From contig CAZTBX010000099.1 in assembly GCA_964612035.1 (NCBI GenBank), positions 3,194 through 67,193 of the forward strand: a stretch of 64,000 bases of DNA. Direction: 5' to 3'. Position numbers and translations under genes: made by a program. Below, piece after piece: positions 38,868 through 47,222 of the stretch (positions are counted from its first letter, which is position 1; each line of letters begins with the position of its first letter). The notes beneath the pieces were generated by a model, which saw only the letters and a list, made by a program, of their open reading frames with translations, was not told where the DNA came from and made no database searches. This DNA is from an uncultured Planctomycetia bacterium. Its GTDB lineage: Bacteria > Omnitrophota > Gorgyraeia > 2-02-FULL-51-18.

Positions 38868-39885
38868 TCTGAAAAAACTCCTGGCATTGACCCTGACCCA
38901 TGATTTTGGTCCGGTCACTTTACGGGAACAGCTGAAGGCCCGGGGTTCTGTCGAGGCGATATTGGACGCTACGCCGGACGCAAAGAAGTTTTTAGAGGCG
39001 GCGGATGACGAAATGCAGCTTGCCAAAAAACACGGCGTCGGCATCGTGGCGTATTTCGATGAGCGTTATCCGGCAGACCTGCGCGAGATCTACGACCCTC
39101 CCATTCTACTGTATGTGCAGGGAAAGCTACCGGCGGCCTCCAAGCCCCGCATCGCCGTCGTGGGATCCAGAGACGCTTCGCTTTACGGCCTCCGAATGGC
39201 GCAATCGATCTCGAGAGACTTATCGGCGGCCGGGGCTGTTGTCGTGAGCGGTCTTGCCCGTGGCATCGATACGGCGGCACACGAAGGTGCGCTTTTGGGC
39301 GGCACGGAGACGGTTGCGGTGCTCGGCAGCGGTCTTCTGCATCTTTACCCAAGCGAAAATCGTAAAGTGGCGCAGCGGATAGCCAAAAAAGGAGCTGTGC
39401 TTTCGGAATTCCCACTGCGCATGCATGCCCAGCCCCGTTTTTTTCCGTACCGAAACAGGATCATCAGCGGCCTCTCACGCGCCGTGCTCGTCGTGGAAGC
39501 GCGCGAAAAAAGCGGGGCGCTGATCACGGCGGATGCCGCTCTCGAACAGGGCCGAGACGTTTTTGCCGTACCGGGGAACGCCGATTCGGCGAAGTCCGGA
39601 GGCACCAACAAACTTTTAAAGCAGGGGGCTCGGATGGTGACCTCCGCCGAAGATATCCTTGAGGAACTGCATCTCAAGCGCGTGTCAATGCTGGCGCCGG
39701 CTTTCAGCGATGAGGAGAGCCTGTTTCTATCATTCTGGAGAGACGGTGAGTCGCATCTCCTGGACGAAGTCATCGAAGAAGCGGGTTTCCCCGCCCGCCG
39801 AGCCGCATCACTGGCCACGCTCCTGACGCTGAAAGGTGCCCTGCGCGAACTGCCTGGAAAATATTTCATGAGAAATTCGAATTAA
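38854..39885 (+). CDS. dprA: DNA-processing protein DprA
   Basis: Rossmann-like DprA core (IAVVGSRDASLYG...VVSGLARGIDTAAHEGAL). It sits directly upstream of topA as in many genomes. Confidence 0.85.
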   Translation: MAKIDLKKLLALTLTHDFGPVTLREQLKARGSVEAILDATPDAKKFLEAADDEMQLAKKHGVGIVAYFDERYPADLREIYDPPILLYVQGKLPAASKPRIAVVGSRDASLYGLRMAQSISRDLSAAGAVVVSGLARGIDTAAHEGALLGGTETVAVLGSGLLHLYPSENRKVAQRIAKKGAVLSEFPLRMHAQPRFFPYRNRIISGLSRAVLVVEAREKSGALITADAALEQGRDVFAVPGNADSAKSGGTNKLLKQGARMVTSAEDILEELHLKRVSMLAPAFSDEESLFLSFWRDGESHLLDEVIEEAGFPARRAASLATLLTLKGALRELPGKYFMRNSN

Positions 39886-42150
39886 ATGGAAGCCCTGAAG
39901 AGTATACAAGTCCGTCTGAACGGCGAAGCGAAAACACTGGAGTCTCCAAAAACGCTTGGCGCGCTTCTCGCGGAGCTCTCGATCCCCAGAGAAAAGGTCG
40001 TCGTCGAGCTCAATCTTGACATCGTCCCGCGAGACCGGCTGGACGGGGCGTCCCTGAAAGACGGCGATGAGATCGAGATCGTTCATTTTGTGGGAGGCGG
40101 CGCGCCCGCGCACGCCCTCGTGATCGTCGAGTCGCCAGCCAAATGCAAGACCATCAACAAATATCTCGGCCCTCAATACGAAGTGGCCGCCTCCATGGGC
40201 CACGTGATCGATCTGCCCAAAAGCAAGATGGGCATAGACATCGAGAAGAATTTTGAGCCTCAGTACATCATCGTCCGCGACAAGAAAAAGATACTCGGTG
40301 AACTGCGCCGTAAGGCGAAAGGTAAAAAAGAGATCTACCTCGCCTGCGACCCTGACCGCGAAGGCGAGGCCATCAGCTGGCACCTGAAAAATGAGCTCGG
40401 TGACGGCAAGATCGTGCGCCGCGTGGTGTTCAACGAGATCACGAAAGAAGCGGTGCTGGACGCTTTCCGCCACCCGATGGACATCAACTTGGATCTTGTG
40501 GACGCCCAACAGGCGCGTCGCGTACTTGATCGCCTGGTAGGCTATAGCTTAAGCCCGCTTCTTTGGCAGAAAGTGGGCCGCGGCCTTTCGGCCGGCCGCG
40601 TGCAATCCGTGGCCCTTCGCATGATCGTGGACCAGGAAAGAAAGATCCGGGCGTTCAAGCCCGAAGAGTACTGGAGCATCGAGGCCGAGCTCAAAAAGAA
40701 AAAAGGGGATCGCACGCATTTCACCGCGAAGCTCGAAGAGATCGCGCAGGTCAAGGCCGACCTGAAGAATGAAAAAGCGGCCTCCGAGCATCTAGAGAAG
40801 GCGCGCACCCAGCCTTTCATCGTGAAAGAGGTGAAACGCTCGAAGAAAAAAAGGAATCCCTCGGCCCCGTTCACGACGAGCAAACTCCAGCAGGCGGCCT
40901 ACAACCAGCTTCGTTTCCCGGCCTCCAAGACGATGAGAACGGCGCAGACGCTTTACGAGGGCGTGGAGCTGGGGAGTGAGGGCAGCGTGGGTCTCATCAC
41001 CTACATGAGAACCGATTCCGTGCGCATCTCGGATTCGGCGCTGAAAGAAACGCGCGACTTCATTCTTAAAAAATACGGCAAGCCCTATTTGCCTTCCACG
41101 CCGAATATTTATAAGGCTAAAAAAGGCGCTCAGCAGGCACACGAAGCCATTCGCCCCACGTCGGTGACCAGAATGCCCTCTGATATAGAACCCTTTTTAG
41201 CCCCCGACCAACAGAAGCTTTACACACTGATCTGGGAACAGGCCGTGGCCAGCCAGATGACGCCGGCTTTGATCGCCCAGGAGACGGCGAACATCAGCGC
41301 CGGTGATTGTATTTTCCGCGCCAGCGGCAGCCGCACGGAATTCGCGGGCTTTCTCCGCGTGACGCGTGATGACGACAAGGACAATCCGTTGCCGCCGCTA
41401 GAAGAAGGCGAGGCGCTGGATCTCGTGAACATCGACAAATTCCAGCATTTCACGAAACCCCCGGCGCGTTTCACCGACGCCTCGCTCGTGAAGGCCCTCG
41501 AAGAACAAGGCATTGGCCGGCCGTCCACCTACGCCCCGATCATCGCGACGCTCACCGAGCGCGACTATATCCGCCGCGAAGGCGGCAGCCTCGTGCCGCA
41601 GGAGCTCGGCATGCTGGTCACGGACCTTCTCGTCCAATATTTTTCCAAGGTCATGGACTTCCAATTCACGGCCGGTATGGAAGAAGAGCTGGATCACATT
41701 GAAGAAGGGAAAATAGGCTGGGTCAAAGTGGTGAAAAGCTTCTATTCCGTTTTCAGCGGCCAGCTAGAGATCGCAAAGACCGAGATGCAGACCGTGAAAA
41801 AAGAGAACGAGCCCACGGATGAGATCTGCGAAAAATGCGGTAAGCCGATGGTCATCAAATGGGGCCGCCGCGGGCGATTCATGAGCTGTTCCGGATGGCC
41901 CGAGTGCCGCAACGCCAAGTCCATTTCCACAAACTTTCCGTGTCCGCAGTGCGGAAAAGGAAAGCTGGTCGCCCGCCGGGCCCGCTCCGGCCGTGGGCGC
42001 ACTTTTTACGGCTGCACCGAGTATCCGGCCTGCAATCTCATCGTCAACAAACTGCCGTCGGCGGAGGGTTCCGAGCCGAATGCCGCTCCCGCCGCGGGCG
42101 AAACGGCGCCAGGGCCCGCCGCCGAGGGAACGGAGAGCTCCGATGGATAA
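39886..42150 (+). CDS. topA: DNA topoisomerase I with an in-frame N-terminal ThiS-like ubiquitin-fold domain (residues ~1-72 ending GGG). It is either a genuine fusion or a lost stop between thiS and topA.
   Basis: The first 72 aa (…LNGEAKTL…IVPRDRLDGASLKDGDEIEIVHFVGGG) match the ThiS/MoaD sulfur-carrier pattern including the C-terminal GG. The reading frame continues APAH-ALVIVESPAKCKTINKYLG into a complete Toprim/TopA body with C-terminal Cys4 zinc ribbons. Confidence 0.8.
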   Translation: MEALKSIQVRLNGEAKTLESPKTLGALLAELSIPREKVVVELNLDIVPRDRLDGASLKDGDEIEIVHFVGGGAPAHALVIVESPAKCKTINKYLGPQYEVAASMGHVIDLPKSKMGIDIEKNFEPQYIIVRDKKKILGELRRKAKGKKEIYLACDPDREGEAISWHLKNELGDGKIVRRVVFNEITKEAVLDAFRHPMDINLDLVDAQQARRVLDRLVGYSLSPLLWQKVGRGLSAGRVQSVALRMIVDQERKIRAFKPEEYWSIEAELKKKKGDRTHFTAKLEEIAQVKADLKNEKAASEHLEKARTQPFIVKEVKRSKKKRNPSAPFTTSKLQQAAYNQLRFPASKTMRTAQTLYEGVELGSEGSVGLITYMRTDSVRISDSALKETRDFILKKYGKPYLPSTPNIYKAKKGAQQAHEAIRPTSVTRMPSDIEPFLAPDQQKLYTLIWEQAVASQMTPALIAQETANISAGDCIFRASGSRTEFAGFLRVTRDDDKDNPLPPLEEGEALDLVNIDKFQHFTKPPARFTDASLVKALEEQGIGRPSTYAPIIATLTERDYIRREGGSLVPQELGMLVTDLLVQYFSKVMDFQFTAGMEEELDHIEEGKIGWVKVVKSFYSVFSGQLEIAKTEMQTVKKENEPTDEICEKCGKPMVIKWGRRGRFMSCSGWPECRNAKSISTNFPCPQCGKGKLVARRARSGRGRTFYGCTEYPACNLIVNKLPSAEGSEPNAAPAAGETAPGPAAEGTESSDG

Positions 42151-43024
42151 GTTCGCCGAGAAGTTCCTCGTTTATTTGAAAGTTGAGAAAAATTACTCGC
42201 CGCACACGCTGATCGGTTATTCGCATGACCTTAAAGAATACTACGCCTTTCTCGAAAACGGCGGCGCGCTCGAAGCGGGCAAGGATTCGCTGCGCCGCTA
42301 TCTCGCGCATTTGAACGAAAAAGGCCTTTCCAAGCGCACGGTCAGCCGCCGCATGGCGACCTTAAGGACCTTTTACCGCTTTCTCAAGCGCGAGGGTCAC
42401 GTGAAAGACAATCCGATGGCGTTTCTGAAAAACCCAAAGCTCGAAAAAAAGCTTCCGATGGTGCTCGATGAAGGCGAGGTTAGCCGCCTGCTCGACTCGC
42501 CGGAAGATGACGCGTCGGGCCTGCGTGACAAGGCCATCCTCGAGACGCTGTACTCGACGGGCATGCGCGTTTCCGAGCTCGTGCACATGGACCTGGAAAG
42601 CGTGGACTTCATCGGCGGCGTGTGCCGCGTGCTTGGAAAAGGGAGCAAGGAACGGCTTTGTCCCATCGGCGACCGGGCGCTGCGCTCGATCCGCCGCTAC
42701 CTCGAGGAGAAAGGCCGCGTGACGAAAAAGGCCGATCGGGTGCTTTTCGCGAACCACTCACCGAACCAAAAAGGTTCACGACTCACGGACAGAAGCGTCC
42801 GACGCATCGTGGAAAAATACATCGAGAGAACCTGCCGGCGGGAGAGTATCTCTCCGCACACGCTGCGGCATTCGTTCGCGACGCATCTTCTCAACCGCGG
42901 CGCCGACCTGCGGTCCGTGCAGGAGCTTCTCGGGCATGAAAACCTTTCGACGACGCAGATCTACACGCACGTATCGACACAGCGCCTGAAAGAGGCCTAT
43001 GACAAGGCGCACCCGCGCGCCTAA
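42143..43024 (+). CDS. xerC: Tyrosine site-specific recombinase XerC/XerD
   Basis: N-terminal core-binding domain (FLVYLKVEKNYSPHTLIGY) and catalytic R...HxxR...Y (HTLRHSFATHLL, TQIYTHV). Conserved dprA-topA-xerC order. Confidence 0.8.
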   Translation: MDKFAEKFLVYLKVEKNYSPHTLIGYSHDLKEYYAFLENGGALEAGKDSLRRYLAHLNEKGLSKRTVSRRMATLRTFYRFLKREGHVKDNPMAFLKNPKLEKKLPMVLDEGEVSRLLDSPEDDASGLRDKAILETLYSTGMRVSELVHMDLESVDFIGGVCRVLGKGSKERLCPIGDRALRSIRRYLEEKGRVTKKADRVLFANHSPNQKGSRLTDRSVRRIVEKYIERTCRRESISPHTLRHSFATHLLNRGADLRSVQELLGHENLSTTQIYTHVSTQRLKEAYDKAHPRA

Positions 43025-43031
43025 GAATCCG

Positions 43032-44315
43032 ATGATATTTTTTATTTACGACCTACTGTTCTGTTGTTTCGCCCTTGCGTATTTGCCGTTCTTTTTCCTG
43101 AAAGGCAAGCATCGCGGCGGCTTTGGATCGCGTTTCGGGGCGGTCCCGCAAAGCGTTACGGCCTCGCTCAAAGGACGGTCGGTGGTGTGGATACACGCGG
43201 TGTCCGTGGGGGAGATAGGCCTCGCCGTCCGCCTTGCCAGTGTGCTGAAAGAAAGATGTTCGCCCTCCCTTCGCGTCGTGTTCACGACGACGACGCTGGC
43301 CGGACGCGAGGTGGCCGAGAAGATCAAATCGCCCGAAGACACCGTCCTTTATTTTCCGATAGACCTCACTTTCTGCATCCGTCGCTTCATCCGCGGCATT
43401 TCCCCGAAAGCCGTGATCCTTCTCGAAACGGAGATCTGGCCGAATCTCATCCGGGAACTTCACCGCCGGCGTGTGCCGGCCTTCATCGTGAATGGACGCA
43501 TTTCGGACAAGGCCATCGCCAAATACCGCCTCGTCCGTTTTTTCATGCGCCACGTGTTCGAAAATTTGAGTGGGATCGGCGCCCAGAACGAGGCCATGCG
43601 TGCGCGCTTTTTATCCGTCGGCGCGGCGGCGGACCGCGTGCAGGTCACGGGCAACATGAAGTTCGACTGGCAGCCCGTGCAGGCCCAGCTCTCCGCGGCC
43701 GTGCTGGCCCGCAAACGGCTGAAAACGAACGGCGCATTTCTTCTCGTGGCGGGCAGCACGCATGAAGGTGAGGAAGAGCTTTTTTTCAACCTGAGCCGAT
43801 CGGTGGAAAAGACGGCAGGACTCGTGTGTCTGGTGGCGCCGAGACATCTCGAGCGTTTATCGTCAGTGGTGTCGCGTGCGGCCAAGGCGGGCGTTTCCGC
43901 GTCGCTTTTTTCTCAGGGGAACGGGGCCGCCGGCCCGGGGAGCGTGTTCATTTTAGACCAGATGGGCATACTGCCCTCCTTTTATGAGATCGCGGATGTC
44001 GTGTTCGTCGGGGGAAGCCTCGTGCCTGTCGGCGGCCACAATCCCGTCGAACCGGCCTATTTCGGCTGCCCGATATTGTTCGGTCCGCACATGAACAATT
44101 TTGCGGACATCAAGGAGGAGTTCAAGCGTGAACAGGCCGCTTTTGAAGTGCAAGACGCAAAGGCGCTTGAGGAACAGGTTTTAAGGCTTATGAAAGAGCC
44201 TGCGCTCCGGAAATCGGCCGGAGAGGCCGCTTATCGTCTCGTGCAGAAAAACCAGGGCGCCGCGCGCCGCAACATCGAAACTTTTATCCAGCCATTAGGA
44301 GCACAACTTCAGTGA
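43032..44315 (+). CDS. waaA: 3-deoxy-D-manno-octulosonic acid (Kdo) transferase
   Basis: N-terminal TM helix and a GT30 fold (WIHAVSVGE, ETEIWPNLI). It is followed by lpxK. Confidence 0.8.
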   Translation: MIFFIYDLLFCCFALAYLPFFFLKGKHRGGFGSRFGAVPQSVTASLKGRSVVWIHAVSVGEIGLAVRLASVLKERCSPSLRVVFTTTTLAGREVAEKIKSPEDTVLYFPIDLTFCIRRFIRGISPKAVILLETEIWPNLIRELHRRRVPAFIVNGRISDKAIAKYRLVRFFMRHVFENLSGIGAQNEAMRARFLSVGAAADRVQVTGNMKFDWQPVQAQLSAAVLARKRLKTNGAFLLVAGSTHEGEEELFFNLSRSVEKTAGLVCLVAPRHLERLSSVVSRAAKAGVSASLFSQGNGAAGPGSVFILDQMGILPSFYEIADVVFVGGSLVPVGGHNPVEPAYFGCPILFGPHMNNFADIKEEFKREQAAFEVQDAKALEEQVLRLMKEPALRKSAGEAAYRLVQKNQGAARRNIETFIQPLGAQLQ

Positions 44316-45292
44316 AAAAACTCATCGCAGGGCTTTTATCTCAAGTGTATCGCGCGGGACTCATCGCCACGCAGTCGAGCTACCGCCTTTTTCCTTCCCG
44401 CATACGGAAAGTCCCGGCGCGCGTGATCAGCATCGGAAACATCACCTGGGGTGGCACCGGAAAAACGCCGATGGCCGCGAAGCTCGCCAAGGATCTGTCG
44501 TATTACGGCAAGAGAGTGGCCGTGCTCATCCGCGGCTATGGCATGGATGAAGTGGCCGAGCTTCAGAAGAAGCTGCCCGGCGTGCCGGTGATGGTCGGCC
44601 GCGATCGCGTGCAGTCCGCGCTTTCAGCCATTAAGGAGCACCAGAGCGATCTTCTCATCCTCGACGACGGTTTCCAGCATCTGCGCCTGCATCGCGACCT
44701 CGACATCGTCGCCATCAACACGACGCAGCCGTTCGGCCCCGGCGGGCTTTTGCCGGCCGGCACGCTGAGGGAGCCGCTGGAGCATTTGTCGCGCGCGCAT
44801 ATCTTTGTCCTCACGAAAAGCAACATCGGCGCGAAGAATATCCCCTGGATACGCAAAAAACTGGCGGCCATCAAACCGGACGCACCAGTGTTCGAGGCCG
44901 TGCACCGGCCTTTGCGGTTCATGGACTATGTGAAAGGGCGCATCACGACGCTGGCCGAGATCCGCGGCCGCAAAGTGGCGGCGATCTCAGGCATCGGCGA
45001 CCCTTACTCTTTCGAGAGAAGCGTGGAAAGTCTGGGCGCCGAGATCGTGTTCGCCGCGCGCTACGACGACCATCACCCCTACCGTGCGGGAGAGGTGATG
45101 GATTTCATCAAGCACGCGCGTGCGCTCGGGGTTTCGGAGGCCGTCACGACGGAAAAGGATTTTCACCGGCTTGAACCCCTGCTGAAAAAAGAACTTTCGG
45201 CGGAGGCTGGCTCTTTCAGCTTCCAGGTACTTCAAATAGAATTCCAGATTGGCAATGAAGAAGACTTTATTCGAAGATGTCTTAATTCTTAG
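44312..45292 (+). CDS. lpxK: Tetraacyldisaccharide 4'-kinase
   Basis: P-loop GNITWGGTGKTP. 326 aa. Confidence 0.85.
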   Translation: MKKLIAGLLSQVYRAGLIATQSSYRLFPSRIRKVPARVISIGNITWGGTGKTPMAAKLAKDLSYYGKRVAVLIRGYGMDEVAELQKKLPGVPVMVGRDRVQSALSAIKEHQSDLLILDDGFQHLRLHRDLDIVAINTTQPFGPGGLLPAGTLREPLEHLSRAHIFVLTKSNIGAKNIPWIRKKLAAIKPDAPVFEAVHRPLRFMDYVKGRITTLAEIRGRKVAAISGIGDPYSFERSVESLGAEIVFAARYDDHHPYRAGEVMDFIKHARALGVSEAVTTEKDFHRLEPLLKKELSAEAGSFSFQVLQIEFQIGNEEDFIRRCLNS

Positions 45293-47222
45293 TCTCGTCA
45301 AGACCGCGCAGGCGCTGGTACGCCTTCTGCCGCTCGGTGTGTGCGTGCGCGGGGCCCGGGTGCTCGGCGTGGCGGTTTATTTCCTCTCGAAGCGCCGCAG
45401 GATCGCCTACAAAAATCTGCGCGCCGCGTTCGCCGGCGAAAAAAGCCGCCGCGAGATGAAACGCATCGCGCGCGTGTCCATGGAAAACCTCGTGGCGTCC
45501 GCCGTCGAGCTCTTGAAGGCGCCCGATCTCGACCGCGCGTACGTGGACCGACATGTCCGTATCGACGGAAAAGAACGCTTTGAACCTTATCTTCAGCAAG
45601 GCCGGGGCCTGATATTCCTCACGGCGCATCTGGGCAGCTGGGAATTTTTGAACATCACCGCCAGCATCCTGAATTACCCCATGGTCGCTCTTGCGCGCGT
45701 GCAAAAACATCCGCGCTCGGACGCGTTCCTGAACGAACTGCGTACTTCGAAAGGTAGCCAGGTCATCCATAAAGGCATGCCGATCCGCGAGGCGCTCCGG
45801 TCGCTAAGACGGGGGAAGATACTCGGGATCCTGAGCGACCAGGATGGCGGGAAAAACGGGTGCTTCGTGCGTTTTTTCGGCCGTTTATCGTCTACCCCGA
45901 CGGGTGTGGCGACTTTCGCGATGAGGACCGGAGCCCCGATATTCCCCGCTCTGGTGCATCGTGAAAACCTCGTGGACCACGTCGTGGAAGTTGAAGGTCC
46001 TTTGCGCATGCCCGAGAACGAGGACGATCCCAGGAGAGCCGAACATTTCGTGCTCCAACAGTTCGCGGATGTGCTGGAAGCCAAGATCCGAAAATACCCG
46101 GACCAGTGGCTTTGGGCGCATCGCCGGTGGAAATCAAGCCCTGATCGATCCGTGCTGATCTTAAGCGACGGCAAGGCGGGGCATCTAAACCAGTCGCTGG
46201 CGTTCTTTGCCGCTTATCGCGAGGAGAAAAGAGCGAGAGGTCAGTCCGACGACACGCTGAAGCTCGCGGTGATCGAGGTGCTTTTCAAAAGCGGTCTCCA
46301 TCGTCGTTTTCTCGCCGGGCTCACGCTTCTCACGCGCGGGAGACTGCCTTTCAAGCATACGCTTATGAAATTCGTCCTTGTCGATGAGTGCTATGATACG
46401 GTCATGAAAACTTATGCGGATGTCGTGGTTTCCTGCGGTTCCTCGTTGAGTGGTCTGAATCTGCTCGTCACTTATGAAAATCAGGCGAGGTCCGTGCTGC
46501 TCATGAACCCTCCTGTTCCTTCCGCAAGGTTCGACGCCGTGATCGTCCCTGGCCACGACGAACCCAGACGCGCTTCGAATGTATTTGTCACCGAAGGACC
46601 GCCGGTGATGATCAGTGAGGCGGTGCTGTCCGAGGAAGCCGAAAAACTGAGCACCGAGCTCCGCATCCCCGAAGGCCGACGCATCGGTTTTCTCATCGGC
46701 GGCGATACGGAGTCGCTGAAATTCGAGCCTGTCGTGGTGGAAAACATGATCGGCCAAATGAAGCGTCTCATGAAAGAGATGAACGCGCTGATCTTCGTCA
46801 CTTCTTCGAGGCGCACGCCGCCATGGGCCGATACTTTATTGAAGCAGGCCTTTGAGCGCGAAGAGCGCTGCCCGCTCCTGGTCATCGCCAACGAAGCAAA
46901 CCGGAACGGCGTCGTGAAAGGGATACTGGGGCTCTGCGAGCTCGTGGTGGTCACCGGCGAATCCATGTCCATGCTTTCGGAAGCCGTCGCCTCGGGCAAA
47001 CGTGTCGTGGCCTTGCTGCCGGTGAAGGAAGCGTCGCTGAAGAAAAAACACAGAGCTTTTTTGCGCCAGATGCAGGCCTCCGGCCGCCTGGGCACTGCTG
47101 AGGCCGAGAACCTCTGCGACAGCGTGCGAGGACAGCTCCTGACGACAGCCGTCGATCATCGCAACGGTTCCAGCGACAAAAATCTTCAAGCGCTGCGCGA
47201 AGCGGCACGCAGGCTTCTATGA
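45249..47222 (+). CDS. Two-domain protein: N-terminal LpxL/HtrB-family lipid A late acyltransferase, C-terminal ELM1/DUF1022-like domain
   Basis: Residues ~1-300 carry the LpxL-family region (FLTAHLGSWEF, ILSDQDGG). Residues ~300-657 resemble ELM1-family proteins (ILSDGKAGHLNQSLA). There is no stop between the domains. Confidence 0.6.
   Translation: MAMKKTLFEDVLILSLVKTAQALVRLLPLGVCVRGARVLGVAVYFLSKRRRIAYKNLRAAFAGEKSRREMKRIARVSMENLVASAVELLKAPDLDRAYVDRHVRIDGKERFEPYLQQGRGLIFLTAHLGSWEFLNITASILNYPMVALARVQKHPRSDAFLNELRTSKGSQVIHKGMPIREALRSLRRGKILGILSDQDGGKNGCFVRFFGRLSSTPTGVATFAMRTGAPIFPALVHRENLVDHVVEVEGPLRMPENEDDPRRAEHFVLQQFADVLEAKIRKYPDQWLWAHRRWKSSPDRSVLILSDGKAGHLNQSLAFFAAYREEKRARGQSDDTLKLAVIEVLFKSGLHRRFLAGLTLLTRGRLPFKHTLMKFVLVDECYDTVMKTYADVVVSCGSSLSGLNLLVTYENQARSVLLMNPPVPSARFDAVIVPGHDEPRRASNVFVTEGPPVMISEAVLSEEAEKLSTELRIPEGRRIGFLIGGDTESLKFEPVVVENMIGQMKRLMKEMNALIFVTSSRRTPPWADTLLKQAFEREERCPLLVIANEANRNGVVKGILGLCELVVVTGESMSMLSEAVASGKRVVALLPVKEASLKKKHRAFLRQMQASGRLGTAEAENLCDSVRGQLLTTAVDHRNGSSDKNLQALREAARRLL

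Noticed and set aside
42143-43024. XerC as the island integrase.
   Set aside because: It lies ~38 kb away in the conserved housekeeping dprA-topA-xerC context, with no adjacent att-like repeats.
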